From Cupriavidus necator (GTDB lineage Bacteria > Pseudomonadota > Gammaproteobacteria > Burkholderiales > Burkholderiaceae): DNA of 32,000 nt. The stretch covers positions 180,001-212,000 of the forward strand of contig NZ_CP066020.1 of NCBI RefSeq assembly GCF_016127575.1, given 5' to 3'. The position numbers and the translations under genes are program-made. Position 1 is the stretch's first letter, and each line of letters starts with the position of its first letter. This document shows, one piece after another, positions 23,101-31,726 of this stretch. The notes beneath the pieces were generated by a model. The model was not told where the DNA came from. It saw nothing but the letters and a program-made list of their open reading frames with translations, and did not search any database.

Positions 23101-25994
23101 AATGGGAGAACCTCATCGTTGAGGTACTTCTTTGCAGAGGCGAGGGCGGCCGGGTCACTGGTTGCGCGCGCATGGCGAACTTTTGCGTCTGCCCATGCAA
23201 CGGCTTGAGCCAGGGTCTCTAGCCATTCCTCCCAGTTGCCGTGCTCCAGCGCCTCGGGCATGGGTCTGGTCTGGTTACGGCCCAGAAAATTGGCGGCTCG
23301 AAGACGCGCGTAGGCCTCCACGAACGCCTTCTCGTCGGCGAGAGAGCGATTCTCTGTAAACAGAGGAAGGGTAGCGGCATCCCACACCACTCCGTTGGAG
23401 TAGGCCTCAACGAGGCCGGCGTCGGCTCCTGCTTCGATCAGCAAGTCAACGACGCCAAATGCCTTCTCGTCAACGGTTAGCGAGTCGTCAATCTTGCTGC
23501 CAATGTCCGCGAGCAGCATCTCCACCTTGTCCCTCGGAAGGCGGGTGCCGTAGTTGCGAGCGTGGATGCGAGCATAGGCAAGCACCGAGATTAGCGAGAG
23601 CGCTTGATCCTTGTTGGGCGTATCTGTAGGGATAGGAAGCTGAGAGAGCGGCTTGTAGGAATGAGCCACGCAGAGGATGTTTCCGAGCATGTTGCCGATA
23701 ACGTCGCTCAGCAGCTTCTGCCCGTGCTCCTGCGAGATATTGTTTTGGGGTGCTTTGACGAGCCGAATGACGTATTTCAGGAAGTCGAATGTGGACGGAT
23801 CGGCTCCTGCATAGCTAGCCAAGCCATAGCCTTGGAGCTTGACTGCCGCTGCATTGAGATATTCGCCAACCTTTACGCCGTCGCGTGTAAGGATCGGTAG
23901 AAGCAGGCTGTCGACCTTTTGAAGGATCTCGAGGGCTTCGTTCTGATGCCCCGCCTCGATGAGGCTTCTTGCTATGGCGAAGGCGTCGCTCGGGTCTACG
24001 ATGAGGTGCCCATAGCGAAGGATGTGCCGCATAGCCTGTTCTGTCTTGCCAAGCGCGATCAGGGCCTCAGCGGCAAGGCCAGCAGACTGAGCAAAGAGCG
24101 TGTCGTAACGGAATTTAAGCCGTTGCGAGAGAAGCAGGAGGCGAAAGATGTCAGTCGCGGTGCCTAGACGAGTGGCAGCCTCAAGCGAATCCTCGATGTC
24201 CCCCAGGAGAACGTCAGGCTCAGCCCCGAGAAGTACGGATTGGTCGACCCATTGCTGCTGGCACTCACCTATCGCTGCCAGCTGCTTTTGAGCGTCGGCA
24301 CGGAGGCCATGGAACACACGGTTGAGCGTCCCGTAGTCGCCGCTACCAGGCTGAAGGCAGAACTCAGCAAGTCGCCCTTGAACCCATTCGCTCTGCGTCG
24401 ATGTCTTGTGAACCACGAAGTCAGAGAACGACGAGTGATAGACCTCGGTCGTGTCCGGTGCCGACAGCAAGTGGCGGATGCGAGTGATGGTCGGAACGAA
24501 CGCTGCAGACTCTGACGGGGTCAGCATGGCCATCAGGTCGGTCGTTGGGATCCCCCAGCGAAGGCGCGTGACGATGCTAAGCAGGTTGATCGCATCCGTT
24601 TCCGCAAGGAGCTGTGCCCAGATGCTCTCGTAGTAGTCTTCAATAGATCCACTAAACGGCGGCAGTGACTCGAGGTCGCCCTCGCTGGCGCCACCGTTAA
24701 CGAGGTCGACAAGGTAGCGCAGGTACAGCGGATGGCCCTTTGCGCGCTCGCAAAGAGCAGAGACCAGTGTAGAAGTAACCTTCTCTGCATCAAGGGACGA
24801 CGCGCAAAGCCGGTACTGAATGTCCTCGTCCAAGGTCGGCAGCGTCAAGCGCTCAGCCCCATAGAGGAGAGGGCTGAGCTTGCCGGCGATGGCGTCCAGA
24901 CCTGCTCCCACTACCACAACTTGTACTCCTGGCGGAATGCTTGGAGGCAAGAGTCCGACGAAGCGCTGCAAGGCGTCACCGCCGACGGCAGCAGCCTCGT
25001 TGATCCCGTCGATGAACAACACTCCTACTTTGCCGTCACTCGAGCAACGTTGCGCCAAGGCCTGAAAGGCCTGATGCGTCGTCTGAATGAGCTGTGCATA
25101 TGTGAGCTGCATCAGCCGAGCTGGCTTGCCGGTAGCCCGCGTCGATAGCAACGAGGTCAACCAGTCGACGAAGACTTCCGGTTGCACCTGGAGAGCCGGA
25201 GTAGAGCCGCGACTGCACTCGGAAAAGGCATAGACACCCAGGACTTCTACATTGGCCGATTCCGGCTTGAAGCCTCGGCAATATGTCGACTTGCCGATGC
25301 CGTGAGCACCATCAAGGAACAGGTATCCTCCGCCGGCCTTGACCACTGTCGACTCAAACAACTCATCAAACGCGGGCCGCGATGCGAACGGTGAGGCGTC
25401 GCCTTGAGACGCTTCGCCCTCCGGAAGAAGCCCGTTTGCGGCCAGGAACTCCCGAAGCGCCTCCGTGCTCACGGCGCCGAGGGCGTTGTCGACGCTGACG
25501 CGCAGCATCCCCTGGCAGCCGTCTGTAGTCATGAGCGCAGCGCCGGACATCCCGCGGTAGTCAGTCAACACCGTCTCCGGGCTAACCGAGAGGTCGAGAT
25601 CTACACCGTTGGCCAGCTCGTTCAGGGCCTGCTGCACCGCTCCCTGCAGGACCTGGCCAATCTGCAGCTTGGAGACCGGATAGCCAAAGGAGAGCCATCG
25701 CTCGCCTGGCCGCGGAGCGCCGACGTTGAGTGCTACTGGCGCGAAGGCGGAGGGCTCTTGAAGCCTCAATATGCAAACGTCAAGGTCGGTATCAAACGCA
25801 TCCAAGACCGCCTGCTGCTTCGACGCGGACTGCCCGACTCCAAAGCTGACCTCAAGGCTGACTCCTTGATCGGCTGCCTCGCCGAGACAGTGATAGGCCG
25901 TCAGGACATGGTCAGCAGATATCAGCCATCCTGTACCGGCTTCGCCAGCACCTAGAACCTGGCACGTCGCGAGCTTCACTTCCTCTTCAGTCAT
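20178..25994 (-). CDS. Giant (1938 aa) trypsin-like serine protease / STAND-type P-loop NTPase / helical-repeat protein (Avs/NLR-like)
   Basis: The N-terminus has a Trypsin_2-like triad context: GWLISADHVLTAYHC (His), DLDVCILRL (Asp), YRGMSGAALM (Ser). Then Walker A YLFLDGAHGIGKSTY and Walker B KVGVLFIDGINEA. About 1,400 aa of helix-rich, repeat-like sequence follow, and the last about 150 aa are rich in beta-type residues. GGGAGAAG lies just upstream of ATG 25994, overlapping the stop of the MBL gene. Confidence 0.85.
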   Translation of the reverse strand: MTEEEVKLATCQVLGAGEAGTGWLISADHVLTAYHCLGEAADQGVSLEVSFGVGQSASKQQAVLDAFDTDLDVCILRLQEPSAFAPVALNVGAPRPGERWLSFGYPVSKLQIGQVLQGAVQQALNELANGVDLDLSVSPETVLTDYRGMSGAALMTTDGCQGMLRVSVDNALGAVSTEALREFLAANGLLPEGEASQGDASPFASRPAFDELFESTVVKAGGGYLFLDGAHGIGKSTYCRGFKPESANVEVLGVYAFSECSRGSTPALQVQPEVFVDWLTSLLSTRATGKPARLMQLTYAQLIQTTHQAFQALAQRCSSDGKVGVLFIDGINEAAAVGGDALQRFVGLLPPSIPPGVQVVVVGAGLDAIAGKLSPLLYGAERLTLPTLDEDIQYRLCASSLDAEKVTSTLVSALCERAKGHPLYLRYLVDLVNGGASEGDLESLPPFSGSIEDYYESIWAQLLAETDAINLLSIVTRLRWGIPTTDLMAMLTPSESAAFVPTITRIRHLLSAPDTTEVYHSSFSDFVVHKTSTQSEWVQGRLAEFCLQPGSGDYGTLNRVFHGLRADAQKQLAAIGECQQQWVDQSVLLGAEPDVLLGDIEDSLEAATRLGTATDIFRLLLLSQRLKFRYDTLFAQSAGLAAEALIALGKTEQAMRHILRYGHLIVDPSDAFAIARSLIEAGHQNEALEILQKVDSLLLPILTRDGVKVGEYLNAAAVKLQGYGLASYAGADPSTFDFLKYVIRLVKAPQNNISQEHGQKLLSDVIGNMLGNILCVAHSYKPLSQLPIPTDTPNKDQALSLISVLAYARIHARNYGTRLPRDKVEMLLADIGSKIDDSLTVDEKAFGVVDLLIEAGADAGLVEAYSNGVVWDAATLPLFTENRSLADEKAFVEAYARLRAANFLGRNQTRPMPEALEHGNWEEWLETLAQAVAWADAKVRHARATSDPAALASAKKYLNDEVLPFFRLELASRMLWAGAYFIPENILPLLYGHLADLYLDCLPDEAAELLEVIQESFDGQLGLYNEGFRRALAAVIGTLVNAGISGDTADKAFALLLRWRDYVRDNVQNRHELVPELLSMVPLFARMESAEEALRTYHSVLAASMGPSWYKEDQFAVMSRVLEALPADAEIAPAALAQIAAYLEHASGEMTFQRYVRSDKGTFIGELSRRGMYADAVRYFQHQAHGSIKEMCEQASDGGLDRVAPLVGMRYPGGALEEQAALMQLLEHAGIHADWRVRWALLEVYQHGDERYLRDWGPAYATIIQEISHSAADLAWAVKRIGRIAHTMNAERAWMLMHSLTGALPAFLCEAFSEMLQQFRESFSPNQFDQLTARFGVRSEVVAGGPPNPDVPNAAEAAETDEEDGGEDRLFMPGTFGSRTSVRDADLALEEARKHIKRRNTSAAVERAVFALRALQGGGWSIWEKGHSGSSLADTIIRENVQSADELARLYGPLALNEQHVQRWTAAYHLINLIGPKLDASQRTQLLSVATEHVREMVGSAPSEAFSYIGATKPVSASDALLELLLWALDHPSWERRDTAAAMVLWLLRSDDALMARLARLAFSMDSGSRADVAAGALDILSRETPASLWERVVRFVDVNEVVRACTHAGRFATLLRIADRASNKGVASAADAVKVLRAKPIAHPSPEDPAKSRLHADHVPPSLTASWRELTRLGILNDAALQRAASILQDSCGPYALSDVQQLDSLAARRHGEWAGVVPDRWAARVRFALNVALFAPASIEQLAKIEAALRIYNPESLVEPPDGRRLVAGLIDAMESGNETRFLPSSDDLVFLDVQCYLERRRQVIKVDLTSHLLPPGQREPNSGQLGTFKPTELPRPGPSDQLTVCGRVKPGLAHFGALTPAIANPQFVDLLRAPPSAMVRYHWRDGSTVRTRGVSRRHEVSILAIRRDALTLPAGWRMQWMLRINGQVRAVLHKA

Positions 25995-26005
25995 TGTTCT
26001 TCTCC

Positions 26006-27178
26006 CTAGACGTGGATCCAGCCGTCTTGAACGACGTCCACGTTGAACTTCGCCCCGGACCTTGACACGTGCGCCCTGAGGCGAGTGGATGCGGGGGTCT
26101 CGTAGTTGAAGTAGATCTTTCGCTCGAAGGTCGCGGGCCTGTCGACGATCTCGGCCAACACTTCATAGTCTGGGTGATGGTGGATTGATCCGTTGGTTGA
26201 AACCAAGAAAATGGGAGCGTCAATGAGCGACAGAAGATCCACGCTCGTGTTGTGGATGCTGCCGTGATGAGACACCTTGATGGCATCGAACAGCTGCGGA
26301 CGGCCATCTCCATGGAGCCTCTTGAGCTCAACGACAACGTCCTCGGCCCAAGCATCGCCCAGAAACAGTAGCCTCTTGCCTTCACTCTCGATGAGGGTGG
26401 CAATCGAACTGCCATTGGTAGGGGAGATGTCGGGCACGTACACCTCATTGAGCCTCTTGGTGCTCCCAGCTGAAATGGTCTTGACCATCGCCGGTGCCGG
26501 CTGCCGGGTGTATGCGCAAACCATTTCGTAGGCGTCCTCAACCACAGGGTCGACCGCTGCTCCACCTTTGTAGGAGAGCCTGCGCATCTCCAGGATCCAC
26601 CAAGTGCGCAATTCCTCCAGTCGGGCCACTGTTGGGCCTATCAAGCGGACCTGAACGCCATTCGGCAAGGTGTACGGGGGGCGCCCGCTCGTCATGTTCG
26701 TGGTGCCATCGCTCGCGTTCCATAGGTAGCCGTATTGCTTGAGGCGCTTCGCCAAGGAGCTTCCCTGCTTTGCGCTGATGGGATTTGCAGTCGGCCCAGA
26801 TGCCGGTGGCAGAAGAAATCCTCGCCTCCGGATCGCCTCGAGTACCTGGCAGTCGGACGCGCTGTCTGGCGGGCCTGGTGGGGACGGAAGCGATCGAAGG
26901 CTGTTGTGCCAGACCTCTTTGACCTCAACAATGCTTCGCGCTCCTGGAGCGCCGTTCGAGGAGATGAACTCGAGAAGCCCTCCAATGTGGTCTCCATCAA
27001 TATGGGTGCAGACGAGCAGATCCAGTTGGCCGCCCGCACGTGCCAACTGCCTCAAATCGGGTGCGATGTGGTCGTTGAAGGTGCTCGCAAAGCCCGCGTC
27101 GATGAGGACGTGGGAGCCTGAAGCATCGACAAGAAAGGCATCGCCGTTTCTAGCCGGGTACATTTTCAGTCTGAGCAT
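26006..27178 (-). CDS. Metallo-beta-lactamase-fold hydrolase (390 aa)
   Basis: MBL signature NGDAFLVD...VLIDAG...LLVCTHIDGDHIGGL (HxDxDH variant, as in ComEC/Rec2-type MBL domains). Downstream are LFLGDA and KVSHHGS. There are 11 nt between its stop and the start of the giant gene. Confidence 0.8.
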   Translation of the reverse strand: MLRLKMYPARNGDAFLVDASGSHVLIDAGFASTFNDHIAPDLRQLARAGGQLDLLVCTHIDGDHIGGLLEFISSNGAPGARSIVEVKEVWHNSLRSLPSPPGPPDSASDCQVLEAIRRRGFLLPPASGPTANPISAKQGSSLAKRLKQYGYLWNASDGTTNMTSGRPPYTLPNGVQVRLIGPTVARLEELRTWWILEMRRLSYKGGAAVDPVVEDAYEMVCAYTRQPAPAMVKTISAGSTKRLNEVYVPDISPTNGSSIATLIESEGKRLLFLGDAWAEDVVVELKRLHGDGRPQLFDAIKVSHHGSIHNTSVDLLSLIDAPIFLVSTNGSIHHHPDYEVLAEIVDRPATFERKIYFNYETPASTRLRAHVSRSGAKFNVDVVQDGWIHV

Positions 27179-27276
27179 GCACGCTATTCGCTATCTCCTG
27201 AACCCAGCCTTCTTCGCATTGGAAGCCTACCGTACGCGACCTTGCGAAATCTGCGTTCGACAAATCAGTCCGTGGC

Positions 27277-27306
27277 AAATAAAAGTCGGCCCGCGCTTGG
27301 CGGGTC
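27277..27306 (-). terminator. Rho-independent terminator after the 103-aa gene
   Basis: On the minus strand: GACCCGCC-AAGCG-CGGGCC stem (plus 27288-27306; 7 bp including one G-U), followed by CGACTTTTATTTG (plus-strand A-tract 27277-27284). It starts 12 nt after the stop at 27318-27320. Confidence 0.6.
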
Positions 27307-27317
27307 AACTCGGATTC

Positions 27318-27629
27318 TTAGAAGGGATATTTTTCTTTGAGATCAGAATAGTTTGCAGCGATCCAGTTTATTACTTTGGAACGTCCTTGGATGTCGGAAG
27401 GCAGCTTTTCGTGGATCATCCATTCACAGATTTGACGCGTGCGGATGCTCAAATCGGCCTGATCTTTGCCTTTGAGAGAATTGAGCAACGTCAAGACTTC
27501 GTAGCCCTCTTTACGACTGAACCTATCTGCGTCCTCTTTGGTCTTCTTGGGATCGTCCCCAGTCACGGTGGTCCAGCTGTAGTCTTCGTAGTTGAGATCG
27601 CTTTTTTTGATTTCCGGCACTTTTCTCAT
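27318..27629 (-). CDS. Small hypothetical protein (103 aa) in the lowest-GC patch of the window
   Basis: ORF MRKVPEIKKSDLNYEDYSWTTVTGDDPKKTKEDADRFSRKEGYEVLTLLNSL... GGAGG abuts ATG 27629. A GTG at 27620, 9 nt downstream of the GGAGG, is an alternative start. It has its own terminator. No motif recognised. Confidence 0.5.
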   Translation of the reverse strand: MRKVPEIKKSDLNYEDYSWTTVTGDDPKKTKEDADRFSRKEGYEVLTLLNSLKGKDQADLSIRTRQICEWMIHEKLPSDIQGRSKVINWIAANYSDLKEKYPF

Positions 27630-27851
27630 CCTCCAGGTGAAGTCGAATATCGGTCAGGGGGGATCACGATACATATTTCAAGGGCTACTAAAAAAAATAA
27701 TATGCCTTTCGTGGGACTTGCCGGATTCTCAACTGAGCACGCAAGGTAAGAGGGGAACCCGGTCATCAATATTCTCCTGGGATGCTGCGTCACGTCAGCA
27801 GTTTAACGGGACTCGCTGGATTTTCTTGACTCGACTCGAAGGTGTCCTGTT

Positions 27852-29753
27852 TTAAGCGACAGTGATGGTTTGGACGCCTGCCGTCGCCAGAAGGCCATAC
27901 AGCGGTGCGATGTTGACTCGTGCACCACGCTGTGGCGTATAGGTAAAGATCACCCGTTGCTTCGCGCGTGTGAACGCCACGAAGAAACCTGCCGTCGCGT
28001 CGACGGTGTCCTGTACAAAGCTCCACCATGCCGAGTCGTCGAGGCCGATGAAGATCACGGTGTGGTACTCCAGCCCCTTGCTCTTGTGCAGCGTCATGAG
28101 CGGTAGGGCTTTTGTTCCTTCGTAGGCATCGAGTGTCGCAGCCCAGTCAGTTGCCTGGACGGCGCTCGACTGCAGATGCAAGGCCAGACTATTCTCGACT
28201 TCCGCGAGCCACCCCCCTTGTCCATAGGGCGTATGGGCCGCGATGAGGGCATCACGGCCCAGGAAAGCCTCCACCTCCTGGATGACAGCGCGGGCCATCG
28301 CCTCAGTCTCCGGCGGTTGGGGATGCTGCTGGATAAACCGACGCGCAAAGGCGTCTAGATCCTGAGCAAGGACGCGACGTGCACGGTCGTCGGTAGGCGC
28401 GATGCCCCGCAAGTTTGCTAATGCGTGCTGGGCTTCGATCCAGGTCAATCCGCCTCGAGGGGCGCAGGCCAAGCGAAGGATTAACAGCACTAGTTCCGAC
28501 AGGGGTTCGGTGAGCAGCTCTTGCAGCATCTGGGCGCCAACATAGGCGGCTTCGTTGCGCAGGGGGATACCCGCGGTCGCAAAGGCGGGGGCTAGGACCC
28601 GGGCATAGTCTTCCGCCTTCTGCCGTACCAACAGCACGAAGTCGTTGGGCTGTAATTGATGCTCGCGCATCTGCGACGCGACGTACCGGGCAAGAGCCTG
28701 GGCTTCAGTGTTCACGCTGGAGAAGTCCCAGATGGCACAGCAAGCATCGGAAATACTGGCGGCGGCTTTTGACTGTGGGTGCGCGGCAGACGTGTCGAGC
28801 GCTTGCGCCAGTACGTGTTGGATGCGCACGAGCTCGGGCGAGGAGCGGTAGTTGCTGAGCAGAGGGATGCGTTGCGCGCCGAAAGTCTGTTCGAATGCGC
28901 CGAAAGGATCGTCCATCGCTAGTGCGAAGCGCATGATCTGCTGCTTGTTGTCACCCACAGCTGTCAGGATCGTTGGCATGCCCAGGAAGATTGTTTGGAC
29001 TAGGTCGAACTGGGCCTCAGTCGTGTCCTGGAACTCATCCATGAACACATGAGAGTAGGTCAGCGCCAAGGCGTTACGTACGGACGCATTAACGCGGACC
29101 AGCAGTTCCGCCAGTCGGCTGAGCATGGGGAAGGTGAGGTGGCTGCGCGTGGCGCCTCGAAGCTGTTCGTCCCAGAACCGCTGTCCAGCCCAGAGGCCTG
29201 CATTTCCCGACGTCCAGCCGGCCTCTGGTAAGCGCTCAGCGAGCACATGACGGCGCTCGAAGTAATTGACCGAGAGTCCTTGCACGGCCGCTTGCCCGAA
29301 GGGGTTGTCCAGAGCAAGGGACGCACGCTGCAGGAAGTCGGCCCAATGCGCCCGCTTGGGGAACAAAATGCCATAGTCAGCCGTAGGCCGCCAACGGTTT
29401 GGCAGTGCCTGTCCGAACCGATCCACGAGGCTCTTGGCGAACGCATCGAAGGTCAGCGAGTCGAAGCGGCTCGCATGGTCGGGGTGGCAACGCTGACGCA
29501 CACGGCGCGCGAGGTTTCGTGCGGCATCGCGCTTGAAGCTGATGGCTAGAATACGCTGCGGAGCAGGGGACGCGCCTGTTTGTAGGAGGAACGCAGCGCG
29601 TTGCGCGAGCAGTTCAGTCTTGCCGGCGCCGGGTCCGGCAAGCACCGAGCGGTGCTCGGCCGACCGAACGACGGTCAATGCATTCGGCTCCAGGCTGTGC
29701 ACGCCGACCGGCTGCCAGTCGCCGGGGGGAACGCGTCTTGGCGGCAACGACAT
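27852..29753 (-). CDS. UvrD/PcrA/Rep-like SF1 helicase (about 633 aa), partner of the OLD nuclease
   Basis: Motif I VLAGPGAGKTE, II VFMDEFQDTT, III AVGDNKQQIMRFA; C-terminal LMTLHKSKGLEYHTVIFIGL and FFVAFTRAKQRVIFTY. ATG 29753 lies 2 nt after the OLD stop. Alternatively GTG 29759 overlaps it as GTGA. Confidence 0.9.
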   Translation of the reverse strand: MSLPPRRVPPGDWQPVGVHSLEPNALTVVRSAEHRSVLAGPGAGKTELLAQRAAFLLQTGASPAPQRILAISFKRDAARNLARRVRQRCHPDHASRFDSLTFDAFAKSLVDRFGQALPNRWRPTADYGILFPKRAHWADFLQRASLALDNPFGQAAVQGLSVNYFERRHVLAERLPEAGWTSGNAGLWAGQRFWDEQLRGATRSHLTFPMLSRLAELLVRVNASVRNALALTYSHVFMDEFQDTTEAQFDLVQTIFLGMPTILTAVGDNKQQIMRFALAMDDPFGAFEQTFGAQRIPLLSNYRSSPELVRIQHVLAQALDTSAAHPQSKAAASISDACCAIWDFSSVNTEAQALARYVASQMREHQLQPNDFVLLVRQKAEDYARVLAPAFATAGIPLRNEAAYVGAQMLQELLTEPLSELVLLILRLACAPRGGLTWIEAQHALANLRGIAPTDDRARRVLAQDLDAFARRFIQQHPQPPETEAMARAVIQEVEAFLGRDALIAAHTPYGQGGWLAEVENSLALHLQSSAVQATDWAATLDAYEGTKALPLMTLHKSKGLEYHTVIFIGLDDSAWWSFVQDTVDATAGFFVAFTRAKQRVIFTYTPQRGARVNIAPLYGLLATAGVQTITVA

Positions 29754-29755
29754 TG

Positions 29756-31726
29756 TCACAACCTTGATACCTGAGCAGAGATATGCAGCAGCACACGCTG
29801 GAGAGGCGCAGGCATGCCGGCTTTTAATGCGGGCAAGTCAATGTGCGTGAGTGCGCGCAGGTGTGTGGCAGGCTTGCTGTGCGTGAGGAAGTGGTAGCGG
29901 TATGCAGCCATGTGGTCACGGAACATCTGCGCGTTGCCGGTGTAACTGATCAGCCCGGGACCTGCCGTTCCAAGCACTACCTCGGCAGCGCTTTCGTTAG
30001 TCATACGCGGCCCAGCTCCGTCGATCGTGGCTGCGTATGCAGCGGGGAAGGCGGCCAGCATCGCCAGGTCAAGGTCAAGTGGCCAAGAGAAGAACACCGA
30101 GGAAGAGCGCTCTAGGTAGCTCAACCACCCCTCGAGATTGGCTGCGTCAAATGTCTCCATTTCTGCAAGCCGCTTATCGCTGAGATGCGTCCCATCGGAG
30201 AGTTCCAGAATTTTTTCGCGAGGAACGCCAAGTGCGAGCATTTGCTGCAAGGCATTCTTGAGTCGGCCATAGCCACCACCGTCGCGACCCAGATCTAGGT
30301 CGAGCAGGGTCGCGTAAGGAATGCCCAGGCCATGGAGCAGCCGCCAGAAATGATTAACGTGGCGGCCTCCGAGAGGCACGATCGCAACGAACGACGGGTC
30401 GACGAGCAGGTTGAGCGCCTCCGCCAGCCGCGGCAGCACGATACGCTCTGAATCGCCCTCAACCAACAGCACAAAACGCGCAAAGTACAGTTCGGGGAAT
30501 GCAAGGAAGGCGTTGCGCACGAACTTGATGGCCTCGACGTCGCTGGTCGGCATCGGGATGGGCAGCACCGTTGACACGCCAGTCGCTTGGTTGCGCCGGC
30601 AGTAGCGCACGTCGTCGGGCGGGACGCGCCCCAGCACCGAGGGGGAATGGCTGGACACGATGGCCTGGCCGGCGCCTGTCTCGACGAGCGTGCGGATCTG
30701 CTGCAGGATACGCGAGAGGTAGTAGGGCGCCAGGTGGTTCTCGGGCTCCTCGACCGCGAACAAGGTGAGGGCTGGTACGTTGAGTTCCTCGGTCCTGAAT
30801 CCCTGGATGCGGCCCGCCACTGCAGCCCGCTCCACGTCGAAGACCGCGGCTGCCAGCGCGAAGTAGAAGAGTGACTGCTGGCCGTCGCTCAGCGCGTCGA
30901 GTCCACGGTCTTCTCCGGCCGGTCCGCGCTTGAACATCACGCCGATGCGTGCGACGACTTCCTCGAACCGCCGGCTCATCAGGCTCAGTTCGGGGTTGCA
31001 GTCGATGTCACCGTCGTGCAATTTCTCCCACCGCTTGGATAGCGACTCGCTGATGGCCTGAATGGCGTTCTCGCTTCCAAAGGCATTCAGCAACTGCTCT
31101 GTAGCCGCGTGGACGGTCGCCTGAGTGCCCGCCGACCATTCGATGGCCCTGAGCAGGCGAGCTGCCAACGCCCCCGTCGTGGCTCGGATCTGAGTGCCAG
31201 CGTCGCGGCTGGCCGGTGTGTAGAAGAGCTGGATCAGACCGCGATCTCCCGGGGCTACCGGGGAGGCTTGATCGTCACGTACGACGTCATCAGCTGTGTT
31301 AATCCAGTTCAGGTCCTGACTGACGGCGCCTTCCGCAGTGCCATCGTCGTCCCAGCGTGCGCGAAGCCGCAGGCGGCATAGAGGCGTGCCGCCGGGGCGC
31401 TCGATGCGGACATGGCGAAACACCGGTGCGACCGTGGCAGCGGTCGCGCTGCCGTCCACCAGTTCCGGCAGGCTCAGGCGTACATCGATTGTCAGCGTCC
31501 GCGATTTGAGGCGTTCGGTCTCGGTCGGTGTGACATGAAAATCGGAGGGGACGATCGTGCGCTGAGCGCGCGTCACCCCGAAAAGTCGCATCAGAGCCTG
31601 CAGCACCGCTGTCTTACCTGATGCATTCGGCCCCACGATCGCGGTGAGTCCCTGGCTGAAGGGGATGGCTGTCGGGTTAGGGCCGAAGCAGCGGAAACCG
31701 GCTATCGTGACGCTTTCAATATGCAT
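29756..31726 (-). CDS. OLD-family ATP-dependent nuclease (ABC-type ATPase plus Toprim), class-2 / GajA-like (656 aa)
   Basis: N-terminal MHIESVTIAGFRCFG...LTAIVGPNASGKTAVLQAL (Walker A), LSDGQQSLFYFALAAAVF (signature-like), LFAVEEPENHLAP (Walker B) and SSHSP. The Toprim domain reads FARFVLLVEGDSERIVLPRL ... ATLLDLDLGRDGGGYG. The immediately adjacent UvrD-like gene is the class-2 OLD / Gabija arrangement. Confidence 0.9.
   Translation of the reverse strand: MHIESVTIAGFRCFGPNPTAIPFSQGLTAIVGPNASGKTAVLQALMRLFGVTRAQRTIVPSDFHVTPTETERLKSRTLTIDVRLSLPELVDGSATAATVAPVFRHVRIERPGGTPLCRLRLRARWDDDGTAEGAVSQDLNWINTADDVVRDDQASPVAPGDRGLIQLFYTPASRDAGTQIRATTGALAARLLRAIEWSAGTQATVHAATEQLLNAFGSENAIQAISESLSKRWEKLHDGDIDCNPELSLMSRRFEEVVARIGVMFKRGPAGEDRGLDALSDGQQSLFYFALAAAVFDVERAAVAGRIQGFRTEELNVPALTLFAVEEPENHLAPYYLSRILQQIRTLVETGAGQAIVSSHSPSVLGRVPPDDVRYCRRNQATGVSTVLPIPMPTSDVEAIKFVRNAFLAFPELYFARFVLLVEGDSERIVLPRLAEALNLLVDPSFVAIVPLGGRHVNHFWRLLHGLGIPYATLLDLDLGRDGGGYGRLKNALQQMLALGVPREKILELSDGTHLSDKRLAEMETFDAANLEGWLSYLERSSSVFFSWPLDLDLAMLAAFPAAYAATIDGAGPRMTNESAAEVVLGTAGPGLISYTGNAQMFRDHMAAYRYHFLTHSKPATHLRALTHIDLPALKAGMPAPLQRVLLHISAQVSRL

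Noticed and set aside
26739-27749. 336-aa plus-strand ORF.
   Set aside because: It is antisense to the MBL-fold gene and the 103-aa gene, both of which have better coding features (motifs, terminator, coupling). There is no motif or SD.
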